Shown piece by piece: positions 42,278-51,467 of a stretch of DNA of 64,000 nucleotides. Numbering within the stretch: the stretch's first letter is position 1; each line of letters starts with the position of its first letter. Origin of the DNA: an uncultured Acidobacteriota bacterium (GTDB lineage: Bacteria > Acidobacteriota > Thermoanaerobaculia > UBA5066 > DATFVB01); assembly GCA_963813155.1 (NCBI GenBank), contig CAWEYG010000005.1:75524-139523 (forward strand), read 5' to 3'. Below the pieces are notes generated by a model. That model was not told where the DNA came from. It made no database searches and was given only the letters and a program-made list of their open reading frames with translations. The position numbers were made by a program, and so were the translations under genes.

Positions 42278-42985
42278 TCAGTAACGATCCTCGTCCTGTG
42301 GCGGAGGCGGGTATTCCTGCCCGTACTTGTTCTTGTGGGCCTGCGGCTTGAACCCCGAAACGTCGAGCGAGAGAGAAGCGATGGCAGTCTTCCGCGGGGA
42401 AACCTGGACCCGGGCGCTCGTCTCGCCGCCCTCGTCGCACCACGCCTTGATCGTCTTCTCGCCGTCGGGCACGTTCTCGAAAGTGAACTCCCCGTCGGCG
42501 TCCGTCACGGCGAAAAACGACGAATCGACGACTCGGATGAAGCCGATCATCTGCGGGTGAATGTTGCAGTAGACGCGCACGAGGCCCGGCGTTTCGAACT
42601 TCTTGTCCTTCGAGCGTCCCCGGCGGTAGAGCCCGAGGTCGAAGTGGTTCTCCGCGGAAACCGAGAAAACGTTGTGGAAGAGGGGGTCCTCGTTCGGAAA
42701 GGCGACGCTGTGGCCGACCTCGACGGCGATCACCTTCGGCGTGAATTTCTTGTGCAGCGATTTCATCGCCGGCCCGGGTTCGGCCGCCGGCGAGGGCGCG
42801 ATTCCGGGAGCCGCGCCGGGCCGCCGCGCGCCTTCGATCCAGATCACGACGTTGGCCGCTTCCGCGCGAGCCTGCCCGTTTTCGACGAGCGAAACTCTGC
42901 CGCTGACCGTTCCGGCGGAAAGCGCACCCGCCGACGCCACGAGCACCGGGAGGAGCCGTAGGGTCCGCGCAGCCGGGGACTTCAT
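42278..42985 (-). CDS. Secreted cupredoxin (type-1 copper site) domain protein with carboxypeptidase-regulatory-like beta-sandwich
   Basis: Signal peptide; candidate copper ligands HSVAF...FHNVF and YCNIHPQM (Cys-x2-His-x2-Met); stop lies 2 nt before the kinase start. Confidence 0.6.
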   Translation of the reverse strand: MKSPAARTLRLLPVLVASAGALSAGTVSGRVSLVENGQARAEAANVVIWIEGARRPGAAPGIAPSPAAEPGPAMKSLHKKFTPKVIAVEVGHSVAFPNEDPLFHNVFSVSAENHFDLGLYRRGRSKDKKFETPGLVRVYCNIHPQMIGFIRVVDSSFFAVTDADGEFTFENVPDGEKTIKAWCDEGGETSARVQVSPRKTAIASLSLDVSGFKPQAHKNKYGQEYPPPPQDEDRY

Positions 42986-43041
42986 TGTCGCGGATCATAA
43001 CAGTCCTTGACGCTTTCTTTCCACGCGATTACGCTGCTCCA

Positions 43042-43260
43042 ATGGCTTCGGAACCCGTTCTCATCTTCGGCAAGGACACGTGACCGTACACTTCGGCGGC
43101 CCGTGCGGACTACGCCCGACGAAAGGTTCCCTTCGAATACGTCAACGTGAAGGCTTCCCGGGAAAACATGGACAAAATGCTCGCCTACAGCGAAGGTAGC
43201 CGTGAGGTTCCCGTGATCGTCGAGGACGGACGGGTCACGACCGGATTCGGCGGAACCTGA
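43042..43260 (+). CDS. Glutaredoxin-like (YruB/NrdH-type) small protein with an in-frame TGA at the first active-site cysteine position: candidate selenoprotein (U-P-Y-T), or a point-mutated pseudogene
   Basis: MASEPVLIFGKDT[TGA 43081-43083]PYTSAARADYARRKVPFEYVNVKASRENMDKMLAYSEGSREVPVIVEDGRVTTGFGGT* reproduces the Grx fold pattern (CPYC position, VPxxxI/V, GF). A hairpin begins ~11 nt downstream of the TGA. Confidence 0.45.
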
Positions 43261-43368
43261 GGCGTCTGACACCGTCCGCGGTTCGCGGATTTCCTAGACT
43301 CGAACAGCCTCCCATGTTAAAACGCTCGGAGTCTCAGTACGGGGTACTAGCCGAGGAGGGAAGCTCGT

Positions 43369-45387
43369 ATGGCCAAGACCGAAGCCCCGGCCGCGGAGTT
43401 CCAGCCCTACGTTCCGTCGAATCAGTCTCCGCCGGAGTTCACGGCGAAGGCCATCATCCTCGGCTCTTTCTTCGGCCTTCTGTTCGGCGCGGCGACCGTG
43501 TATCTCGCGCTGCGGGCGGGGCTCACCGTGTCCGCGTCCGTCCCGATCGCGGTGCTGTCGATCGCGGTCTTCAAGAAGCTCGGAAAATCGACGATTCTCG
43601 AGAACAACATCGTCCAGACGATCGGCTCCGCCGGCGAATCCGTCGCGGCGGGAGTCGTGTTCACGGTCCCGGCGCTGCTTTTTCTCTCCAACGGCGCCGA
43701 CTATTTCCGGTACGGAACGATTTTCGTGCTTTCCGCGATCGGCGGAGTTCTCGGCGTGCTGTTCATGATCCCGCTGCGCCGGGCGCTGATCGTCAAGGAG
43801 CACGGGAACCTGATCTATCCGGAGGGGACCGCCTGCGCCGACGTCCTGATCGCGGGCGAGCGGGGTGGCGACCTCGCGAAGATGGTCTTCAAGGGCGTCG
43901 GCGCGGCCCTGCTGTACAAGTTCCTGTACGGCATCATCGGCCTCTGGAACGAGACCGCGCTCTGGTTCAAAACGGACAAGAACGGCAAGATCCCCGACGC
44001 GACGTTGAATTGCGACGTGACGCCGGAATACCTGGGCCTCGGCTACATCATCGGTCCGAAAATCGCCGGCGAGCTGGTCTCGGGCGGCATCCTTTCCTGG
44101 CTCGCGCTGATTCCGCTGATCTCGATCTTCGTGCCGGAGCCCCGGCTCGTGCAGGATCTGACGAACCTCGGTTTCTCAGAAGGATGGCGCGCGTCCCACT
44201 CGCACGCGGAGTGGATCTACCGCGCCTATGTTCGTTACATCGGCGCGGGAGCCGTCGCCTGTGCAGGCGTGATGACGCTGATCAAGACCTTGCCGACGAT
44301 CGTCTCGGCATTCCGAGAGTCGGTCAAATCGATGCGCGGTGGCACCGGAGAGGCGAAGAAGATCCGAACCGAAGACGATCTCGGGATGGGATGGGTGATC
44401 GGTGGATCGGTCGTCCTCGCGCTCCTGATCACGGTCCTTCCCCATTTTCCGCACGGCCCGTTCCCGGGCTCTCTCGTCACGGGACTTCTCGTCGTGGTCT
44501 TCGGCTTCTTCTTCGTGACGGTCTCGTCCCGCATCGTCGGCATCATCGGGACTTCGTCCAATCCGATCTCGGGAATGACGATCGCGACGCTGATGGCGAC
44601 GTGCGTCGTTTTCGTCCTGCTCGGACGCACGGGAGACATCTTTCAGCCGGTCGCGCTCTGCGTCGGCGCGCTCGTCTGCATCGCGGCCGCGAACGCGGGC
44701 GCCACGTCGCAGGACCTGAAGACGGGATATCTCGTCGGCGCGACGCCGCGCAGCCAGCAGATCGGCTTCATCATCGGCGTGCTCGTTTCGACCGTGGCGA
44801 TCGGCGGAACGCTCTTCCTTCTCGACCACACCTACCGCGGCGTGGGTGAGCTCCACGGGATCGGCGGGGCGAAGATGCCCGCGCCGCAGGCGACGCTCAT
44901 GGCGACGATCATCAAGGGGCTGCTCGCGAAGAACCTGCCCTGGGCGCCCGTGCTCGTCGGCGCGTTCCTCGCGTTCATGGCGCAGCTCGCCGGCGCCCAC
45001 GCGCTCTCCTGGGCAGTCGGGGCGTATCTTCCGGTCTCGACGACGTTCCCGATCTGGATCGGCGGCCTGATGAAAGCTCTCGCCGACAAGATGAGCCGCC
45101 GGAAGGAAGAGTCGGAGCTCTCCTCCGGAATGCTCTACGCGACCGGCCTCGTCGCCGGCGGATCGCTCGGAGGCGTGGCGATCGCTCTCGTGACGGCATC
45201 CGGGGACCTCCCGTTCCTCAAGAGGCCACTGGAGTCCCGCGGAGGGCTCATGAACGTGCTGAACCTCGGGGATCGATGGTACGCGGCGTTGAAAAATGGC
45301 GTCGGGGGCCAGATCCTCTGCGCCGCCGTGTTCGCGGTGCTCTGCGTGTTGCTCGTCCGCAACGCGCGAAAGGACCTGGAAGCATGA
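43369..45387 (+). CDS. OPT family oligopeptide transporter
   Basis: 672 aa, about 16 TM segments; RBS GAGGAGGG upstream. Confidence 0.88.
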   Translation: MAKTEAPAAEFQPYVPSNQSPPEFTAKAIILGSFFGLLFGAATVYLALRAGLTVSASVPIAVLSIAVFKKLGKSTILENNIVQTIGSAGESVAAGVVFTVPALLFLSNGADYFRYGTIFVLSAIGGVLGVLFMIPLRRALIVKEHGNLIYPEGTACADVLIAGERGGDLAKMVFKGVGAALLYKFLYGIIGLWNETALWFKTDKNGKIPDATLNCDVTPEYLGLGYIIGPKIAGELVSGGILSWLALIPLISIFVPEPRLVQDLTNLGFSEGWRASHSHAEWIYRAYVRYIGAGAVACAGVMTLIKTLPTIVSAFRESVKSMRGGTGEAKKIRTEDDLGMGWVIGGSVVLALLITVLPHFPHGPFPGSLVTGLLVVVFGFFFVTVSSRIVGIIGTSSNPISGMTIATLMATCVVFVLLGRTGDIFQPVALCVGALVCIAAANAGATSQDLKTGYLVGATPRSQQIGFIIGVLVSTVAIGGTLFLLDHTYRGVGELHGIGGAKMPAPQATLMATIIKGLLAKNLPWAPVLVGAFLAFMAQLAGAHALSWAVGAYLPVSTTFPIWIGGLMKALADKMSRRKEESELSSGMLYATGLVAGGSLGGVAIALVTASGDLPFLKRPLESRGGLMNVLNLGDRWYAALKNGVGGQILCAAVFAVLCVLLVRNARKDLEA

Positions 45388-46713
45388 TCTTCCGTGGAAA
45401 GATGATCCAGCGGGCCTGGCTTTCGCTCGCCGCGGCCTGGATTTTCGCCGCCGCGGTGCCGGCGACGGCGCAAACGCCGTCCGCGCCGAAACCCGGTCGT
45501 CCTGAAGGCTTCGCGGATCTTCGACTCCCGCACCGGGCGGATCTCCTCGCCGGGTCTCGTCGTCGTCGAGGGCGGGAAGATCGCCTCGGTCGGCGGCTCG
45601 GCGCCCGCCGGAGCGGAGGTCATCGACCTCGGGGACGCGACGCTCCTGCCCGGTTTCATCGACGCGCACGTTCATCTCACGGGCGAGTCGTCCGAAAACT
45701 GGTTTCGCGATTTTTACCAGCGGGTCATGCGGTTTCCGGCCGAGCAGGCGCACTACGCCGCGATGTACGCGAAGCGCACCCTCGAGGCGGGGTTCACGAC
45801 CGTCCGGGACGTCGGATCCGGCGACTACCTCGCGATGGGACTCCGCAACGCGATCGAAGCCGGCGTCGCGGAAGGGCCCCGGATGCTCGTCTCGAACTAC
45901 GCGATCGGTGCGACGGGCGGCCACGGCGACGGAGCGCCCTTTCCGCCCGACCGCGTGAAGCCCTCCGGCCCGATCGAGGGAGTCTGCAACGGACCGGCGG
46001 AGTGCCGCGAGGCCGTTCGATATCAGATCAAGTACGGCGCCGACGTCATCAAGTGCATGCCTTCGGGGGGCGTGCTCTCGATCTCGGACCCGGTCGACGC
46101 GCCCGAGCTCACGCAGGAGGAAATGAACGCGATCGTCTCCGAATCGCACGCCTGGGGGCGAAAGGTCGCCGCGCACTGCCACGGCGACGCCGCCGCGAAG
46201 ATCGCGATCGCGGCCGGCGTGGATTCGATCGAGCACGGCTCCTTCCTGAAACCGGACACGCTCGCCCTCATGAAGCAGAAAGGGACCTACCTGGTGCCGA
46301 CGCTCTACGCCGGCGAATGGGTCGGATCCCATGCGGAGAAGTTTCCCCCCGCGATCGCGGTCAAGGCGCGCGCGGCGTCGGCCGCGATGATGGCGATGTT
46401 TCGCGAGGCGGTGCGCCAGGGCGTGAAGATCGCGCTCGGCACGGACGCGGCCGTCGAGCCGCACGGCGGGAACGCCCGGGAGTTCGTCTTGATGGTCGAG
46501 GGAGGGCTTTCGCCGGCGGCGGCTCTGCAGGCGGGAACGGTCGGAGGCGCGGACCTCCTGGGGATCACGGCGATCGCGGGGTCGCTCGAGGCGGGGAAAT
46601 CCGCCGACGTCGTGGCCGTCCCGGGAAACCCCGTGGCCGACATCCGCGCGACCGGAAAAGTCTTTTTCGTGATGAAAGAGGGAAAGGTCGTCAAGAGCTC
46701 GCGGCCTTCCTGA
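45384..46713 (+). pseudogene. Amidohydrolase family (imidazolonepropionase/Xaa-Pro dipeptidase-like) with signal peptide; +1 frameshift near 45488
   Basis: Signal [30 protein letters not shown] in frame 0; the rest in frame 1 (VVLKASRIFDSRTGRISSPGLVVVEGGKIASVGG...LLPGFIDAHVHL...HCHGD...). An extra C in AAACCC at ~45488 explains the shift. Confidence 0.8.
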
Positions 46714-46718
46714 TTCCC

Positions 46719-47138
46719 ATGGACGAAGAGATCTCCCGCGTCCTCGATGCCAACCGGAATTTCTACGCGGCCCTCGAACGCCGCAACCTCGGCGAGATGG
46801 AGGAATGCTGGTCGCACGCGGACGACATCGCGTGCACGCATCCCGGCTGGCATCGCCTGGACGGTTGGGACGAGGTCTCCCGGTCGTGGAGGGCGATTTT
46901 CGCGAACTCCCGCGCGTGGCGCGTGCGATGCGAGTCGGAGAGGGCACTCGTGAGCGGAGATCTCGCGGTGGTTTTCTGCCTCGAGAACCTCGAGGCGGTC
47001 GGCGCCCAGGGCGAACCGGCGCGGATGCAGGCGACCAACGTCTTTCGAAAAGAAGACGATATCTGGAAGATCGTGCACCACCACGCGTCGCCGATGCCCG
47101 ACGTCGAGGCGAGCGAGGAAGAGGACACCGTCAACTGA
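46719..47138 (+). CDS. SnoaL-like / NTF2-like domain protein
   Basis: MDEEISRVLDANRNFYAALERRNLGEMEECWSHADDIACTHPGW...IWKIVHHHAS matches the DUF4440/SnoaL-like pattern. Confidence 0.6.
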   Translation: MDEEISRVLDANRNFYAALERRNLGEMEECWSHADDIACTHPGWHRLDGWDEVSRSWRAIFANSRAWRVRCESERALVSGDLAVVFCLENLEAVGAQGEPARMQATNVFRKEDDIWKIVHHHASPMPDVEASEEEDTVN

Positions 47139-47761
47139 CGCGCCCTTCCCGCTCGGAATCGGTTCGCGAACATTACGCGCGCCACGCGGCGGACTACGAC
47201 CGCCGCTGGCTCTCGTACGTCGAAGCGACGACGCGCGGGACGATCGCCCGAATGCCGGCTCGCCCGGGCGGCCGGATTCTCGACGTCGGTTGCGGAACGG
47301 GCGTGTTGCTCGGCCGGCTCTCGGCTTCCGGAGACGGAAAGCGGCTCTTCGGGATCGATCCCGTGCCGGAAATGCTCGACGTCGCGCGCCGGCGCCTGCC
47401 GTCCGGCGTCGAGTTGCGCGAGGCCTCCGTCGAACGAATTCCGTATCCCGACGAAATCTTCGACATCGTGGTCTCGTGCAGCGTGTTTCACTATCTCGGA
47501 AATCCTCTCGGGGCCCTCGAGGAAATGAAGCGAGTCCTCGCGCCGGGCGGAACCGTCGTCGTCACCGACTGGTGCGCCGATTACCTCGTCTGCCGGATCT
47601 GCGAAGCGTACCTGTCCGCCTTCCGGCACGTGCGCTACTCGGTCTATCGGGCGAAAGAGTGGGCCTCGCTCCTGGCGCGCGCCGGATTCGCCGATGTCGT
47701 CGTGCACCCGTACAAGATCAGTTGGCTCTGGGGCGTGATGACGGCGACGGCGAGGAAGTAA
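47135..47761 (+). CDS. Class I SAM-dependent methyltransferase (start unclear: no ATG/GTG/TTG; possible CTG start or frameshift-fusion with the upstream gene)
   Basis: Motif I ILDVGCGTGVLLGRL, ...DIVVSCSVFHYL...; the conserved N-terminus TRPSRSESVREHYARHAADYDRRW begins at a CTG that overlaps the upstream TGA. Confidence 0.6.
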   Translation: MTRPSRSESVREHYARHAADYDRRWLSYVEATTRGTIARMPARPGGRILDVGCGTGVLLGRLSASGDGKRLFGIDPVPEMLDVARRRLPSGVELREASVERIPYPDEIFDIVVSCSVFHYLGNPLGALEEMKRVLAPGGTVVVTDWCADYLVCRICEAYLSAFRHVRYSVYRAKEWASLLARAGFADVVVHPYKISWLWGVMTATARK

Positions 47762-47783
47762 ATCTCCCGGTCGATCACGTCCC

Positions 47784-48962
47784 TCACACCACCCCGAACT
47801 TCTTGCCCACCTTCCGAAAGGCTTCGACGGCGAACGCGAGGTCTTTCTCCGAGTGCGCGGCCGAGACCTGGCAGCGCAGTCTTGCGTGGCCCTGCGGGAC
47901 GACGGGGAAGCCGAAGCCGGCGACGTAGACGCCTTCGTCGAAGAGCGCGGCCGACATCGCGAGCGCCTTCGCCGTGTCGCCGACGATCACCGGCACGATC
48001 GGATGGATCCCTTCGGGAATCGTGAACCCGGCGTTTTTGATCTCCTTGCGGAAATACATCGAATTCGAGCGCAGTTTCGCGACGGGCGAGGGGTCTTCCA
48101 TCAGCATGCGGAACGCCTCGAGCGATCCGCCCGCGACGGCCGGCGGAAGCGAGTTGGAAAAGAGCGACGTCCGCGACCGCTGGCGCAGCATTTCGACGAG
48201 CGGGGCCGGTCCCGTGACGAATCCCCCGGCCGCCGAGCCCATCGCCTTCCCGAGCGTGCCGGTCGTCACGGGGATCTTTCCGTGGATGCCTTCCTCTTCG
48301 GCGGTCCCGCGCCCGGTCTTCCCGAGAACGCCCGTCGCGTGGGAGTCGTCGACGACAAAGAGAGCGCCGTACTTTTCGGAGATCGAAAGCAGCTTCGGAA
48401 GGTCGGCGAGCTCGCCTTCCATCGAGAACACGCCGTCGGTCACCATCATCTTGAATCGGGACGTCGAGTCTTCCGAGATCATTTTTTCGTACGCGGCGGC
48501 ATCGGAGTGCGGCACCTTGAAGCGCTTGGCCTTGCAGAGACGGATGCCGTCGATGATCGACGCGTGGTTGAGCTCGTCGGAATAGAGGCCGTCGGCTTCT
48601 TCGAGAACGGCGGGGAAGAGCCCTTCGTTCGCGTTCCAGCACGACATGTACAGGATCGTGTCCTGCGTCTGGAAGAACGACGAGATCGCCTCTTCGAGGT
48701 CCTTGTGGAGCTGTTCGGTCCCGCAGATGAAGCGCACGGAGCCGAGCCCCGCGCCCCACCGGTCGATCGCCTTTTTCTGGGCCTCGCGGATCCGGGGATG
48801 GTTCGCGAAACCGAGGTAATTGTTGGAGGTCAGCATGAGGACGTCGCGTCCCTCGACCTTCACGTGTGCGTCCTGCGCCGATTCGAGCACGCGCTCGACC
48901 TTCAGGGTCTTGTTCGCCGCCAGTTTCGCGAGCTCTCCCGCGAGGTGTTCGATCAATTGCAT
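47784..48962 (-). CDS. kbl: Glycine C-acetyltransferase (2-amino-3-ketobutyrate CoA ligase)
   Basis: 392 aa, PLP-dependent; LTSNNYLGFANHP...DELNHASIIDG...FSMEGE...VDDSHATGVLG...TGTLGKAMG. Confidence 0.9.
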   Translation of the reverse strand: MQLIEHLAGELAKLAANKTLKVERVLESAQDAHVKVEGRDVLMLTSNNYLGFANHPRIREAQKKAIDRWGAGLGSVRFICGTEQLHKDLEEAISSFFQTQDTILYMSCWNANEGLFPAVLEEADGLYSDELNHASIIDGIRLCKAKRFKVPHSDAAAYEKMISEDSTSRFKMMVTDGVFSMEGELADLPKLLSISEKYGALFVVDDSHATGVLGKTGRGTAEEEGIHGKIPVTTGTLGKAMGSAAGGFVTGPAPLVEMLRQRSRTSLFSNSLPPAVAGGSLEAFRMLMEDPSPVAKLRSNSMYFRKEIKNAGFTIPEGIHPIVPVIVGDTAKALAMSAALFDEGVYVAGFGFPVVPQGHARLRCQVSAAHSEKDLAFAVEAFRKVGKKFGVV

Positions 48963-48996
48963 TCGCGAAGAATATCGCGGTCGGCCTCCGTTTCAG

Positions 48997-49764
48997 CTAG
49001 CCCCAGAATCCGACGATCCGCCGGATCTTTCCATTCGGAGCGAAATCGTAGGCGTTGGTGCCCCGCGCCTTGACGGAACCCTCCGGGCCGGCGACGCTCC
49101 AATCGCCGAGCGCGCTCGCCTGGCACTGCCGAAGAGCGCCCGCGCTCCGGAGCGTCATGCCCGGCATGAAACGCTGGACCGCGGCGAGATTCGCGTTCAG
49201 GTCGTCGATTCCCCGGAGGCATGCGTAGGCGTCGTGGAAGGAGACGTCGTCCGTGACGGACGAGGCGAGGATCGCCCGGCGGGACGAAGCGTCCGGCTCG
49301 CTCCAGGCGGAGAGGTAGGCGTCCACCGTCTTGCCCGCGTCCGCAAAAAGCTCCCGGCTGACGACGTTCGCAAAAAGCGAGAGCTGGTAGCGCCAACCCT
49401 GCGTGTGCTCCTCGAGAATCTCCGCGGTGGGAACGTCGTGGCGGAGATGAAGTGTCGTGCCGTCGGGAACCCGGGTGAGGTCGACGGTTACGCGCGATGC
49501 CCCCGGCGCGATCGGTTTGCCCTCGCCTTCGTAGCCGTACGTGAAGACGAGGTGGCTCGGAGCATCGGCCTCGACGACCTTGCCGCTTGCGACGGTGCCG
49601 TCCGGGTAGCGGATGTGAACGCGCCCGCCGGGACGGCAATCGATGTCCGAACCGACGCCCCACCATGCGGCGAAGCGGACCGGGTCCGTGAAGTAGCGGA
49701 AGACGACCTCGGGCGGCGCGCCGATCAGAATCGTTCTCTCCAGAAAAAAGGGAAGCTCGTTCAT
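48997..49764 (-). CDS. SRPBCC family protein (AHSA1 / activator of Hsp90 ATPase homolog-like)
   Basis: MNELPFFLERTILIGAPPEVVFRYFTDPVRFAAWWG...; ATGA overlap with the upstream ArsR gene. Confidence 0.7.
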   Translation of the reverse strand: MNELPFFLERTILIGAPPEVVFRYFTDPVRFAAWWGVGSDIDCRPGGRVHIRYPDGTVASGKVVEADAPSHLVFTYGYEGEGKPIAPGASRVTVDLTRVPDGTTLHLRHDVPTAEILEEHTQGWRYQLSLFANVVSRELFADAGKTVDAYLSAWSEPDASSRRAILASSVTDDVSFHDAYACLRGIDDLNANLAAVQRFMPGMTLRSAGALRQCQASALGDWSVAGPEGSVKARGTNAYDFAPNGKIRRIVGFWG

Positions 49765-50156
49765 GGCATCTCTCCTGGGCGCGGCTTGGCGCCGCGACCT
49801 CCTTGCGCGCCCCGCCGGCGCGAGCTTCGTTCCGGCGCCGGCCTCGGGCCCCTTCGAGAGGCCTCGAGCTCGGCGCGCGTCTTCAAGCGTTCCAGGGCGT
49901 CGTCCCACATCTTCTCGAGAACCACCCGCAGGTCTCCGAGCGCTCTCTTTTCCGCCGCGTAGTACCGCCGCCGCCCGTCCGGACGCACGGCGACGAGGCC
50001 GGCGGTCTCGAGAACGCGCAGGTGCTGCGACACCGCGCCGAACGTGACCTCCGGCATTTCGCGGGCGATCTCCCCGGCCGAGCGCTCGCTGCTCCAGACC
50101 AGGCGCAGGATTTCCCGCCGGCGGGGCGCGGCGACGACTTCGAGGGCGTCCATCAC
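49761..50156 (-). CDS. ArsR/SmtB family transcriptional regulator
   Basis: wHTH RREILRLVWSSERSAGEIAREMPEVTFGAVSQHLRVLETAGLV; classic pairing with a downstream SRPBCC gene. Confidence 0.8.
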   Translation of the reverse strand: MMDALEVVAAPRRREILRLVWSSERSAGEIAREMPEVTFGAVSQHLRVLETAGLVAVRPDGRRRYYAAEKRALGDLRVVLEKMWDDALERLKTRAELEASRRGPRPAPERSSRRRGAQGGRGAKPRPGEMP

Positions 50157-50159
50157 GAT

Positions 50160-50182
50160 AATAATTTAGTGTAAACTAAACC
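50160..50182. promoter_or_regulatory. Candidate ArsR operator: AT-rich inverted repeat TTTAGT-GTAA-ACTAAA immediately upstream of the arsR start
   Basis: AATTTAGTGTAAACTAAACC sits in a 70-nt AT-rich island (50157-50228) in a ~70% GC genome, directly 5' of arsR (minus strand). Confidence 0.45.
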
Positions 50183-50229
50183 AACGGTCAATAGAAATGT
50201 AAATGACTGAAATATAGCTGTTTATGGTT

Positions 50230-50339
50230 GGGCGGGTGGTGTGGGGCGAGACTCCCTTTTGCCGCTCGCGACGCGGGCATAGCAAAGTCATCAGGCTCGC
50301 GGCGAGCGGAAAAGAGGAGCGAGTTCCGCGACAGGACCC
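50230..50339 (+). repeat. Copy B of the ~110-nt structured intergenic repeat
   Basis: GGGCGGGTGGTGTGGGGCGAGACTCCCTTTTGCCGCTCGCGACGCGGGCATAGCAAAGTCATCAGGCTCGCGGCGAGCGGAAAAGAGGAGCGAGTTCCGCGACAGGACCC. Confidence 0.8.
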
Positions 50340-50348
50340 GCCCAGCCG

Positions 50349-51431
50349 TTACGGTTTCCCGTTCGGGTAGAAGACGACTTTCATCGCCTCGCGGGAAGCG
50401 AGAAGCGTCTGCGCTTCGTGGAAGCGGTCGAGGCCTTCAAACTCGTGCGAGACGAAGTCATCGACTTTCAGGCCGGCCCGCAGCAGGTCGAGCATTTTCA
50501 CCCAAGTCGCGAAAACCTGCCGGCCGATGATCGCCTTCATCGTGACGCCCTTGTAGATGAGGTCGCGCGAATAGTTCGAGATCGTCACGGCGTTCCCCTT
50601 CGGGAGGCCGAGCAGCGAGATCCATCCTCCCGGGCAGACGACTTCCAGCCCGAGATTGATCGAAGCCTCGGCGCCGGAAAGCTCCAGGACGACGTCGGCC
50701 GCGCCGCCGAGGGCGTCCCGCAGCGCGGCGGCCGGCTGGACCTCGGCGCGCAGGTCGATGGCCGTGACGTTGCGAGCTCCGCGGTCCTTCGCCCAACGCT
50801 TCGCTTCGGCGATCGCGTGCTCGTTGACGTCAGTGATCGCGATCGATGACGCGCCCGAGATCCGCGCGATCTCCGCGCAGAAGGCGCCGATTGGCCCGAA
50901 CCCCAGGACGGCCACGGACCGGCCGGACAGGTCCGCCACCTGGGTCGTGTGAACCGCGTTTCCAAGCGCGTCGAGGAAAGCTCCCACCTTCGGCGGAACG
51001 ACGTTGCGGTCGAGCGGTACGACGTTGTCCGCCGGGACCTTCACGTACTGGGCGAAACAGCCGTCGCCGTCGAGGCCGAGAATGCGGGTGTTTTCGCAGA
51101 CGTGCCGCTCCCCTTTTCGGCACGGCCGGCAATGTCCGCACGTGACGTGCATTTCCGCGGATGCGTAGGTACCGAGCGAGAGCGACGGGCGCTCCGCCCC
51201 GGAGCCGAACGCGACGATCTCGCCGCAGAATTCGTGTCCCGTGATCCGGGGGGGCGAAACCCGATGCTGGATCGAGGGATCCCAGTCGTAGATGTGGCGG
51301 TCCGTTCCGCAGACCGCCGTCGCAAGGACCTTCAGCAGAACTTCTCCCGGGCCGGGGTCCGGAGTGGGGACATCCAGGATTTCTGTCGCGTCTCCTCCGG
51401 CGGCCGCCCTCGTCTTGACGACCGCCTTCAT
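50349..51431 (-). CDS. tdh: L-threonine 3-dehydrogenase
   Basis: MKAVVKTRAAAGGDATEILDVPTP...CGTDRHIYDWD...GHEFCGEIV...TCGHCRPCRKG...LGFGPIGAF; zinc-dependent MDR. The TTG 51449 alternative start carries an SD. Confidence 0.9.
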   Translation of the reverse strand: MKAVVKTRAAAGGDATEILDVPTPDPGPGEVLLKVLATAVCGTDRHIYDWDPSIQHRVSPPRITGHEFCGEIVAFGSGAERPSLSLGTYASAEMHVTCGHCRPCRKGERHVCENTRILGLDGDGCFAQYVKVPADNVVPLDRNVVPPKVGAFLDALGNAVHTTQVADLSGRSVAVLGFGPIGAFCAEIARISGASSIAITDVNEHAIAEAKRWAKDRGARNVTAIDLRAEVQPAAALRDALGGAADVVLELSGAEASINLGLEVVCPGGWISLLGLPKGNAVTISNYSRDLIYKGVTMKAIIGRQVFATWVKMLDLLRAGLKVDDFVSHEFEGLDRFHEAQTLLASREAMKVVFYPNGKP

Positions 51432-51467
51432 CGTCGAAGGAATCTTCAATGCCGCGCCTCCCGGAAT

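Noticed and set aside
43075-43090. CACGTG-containing sequence GGACACGTGACCGT as a possible parS
   Set aside because: The flanks do not match TGTT.CACGTG.AACA; it is part of the Grx-like ORF around the in-frame TGA.
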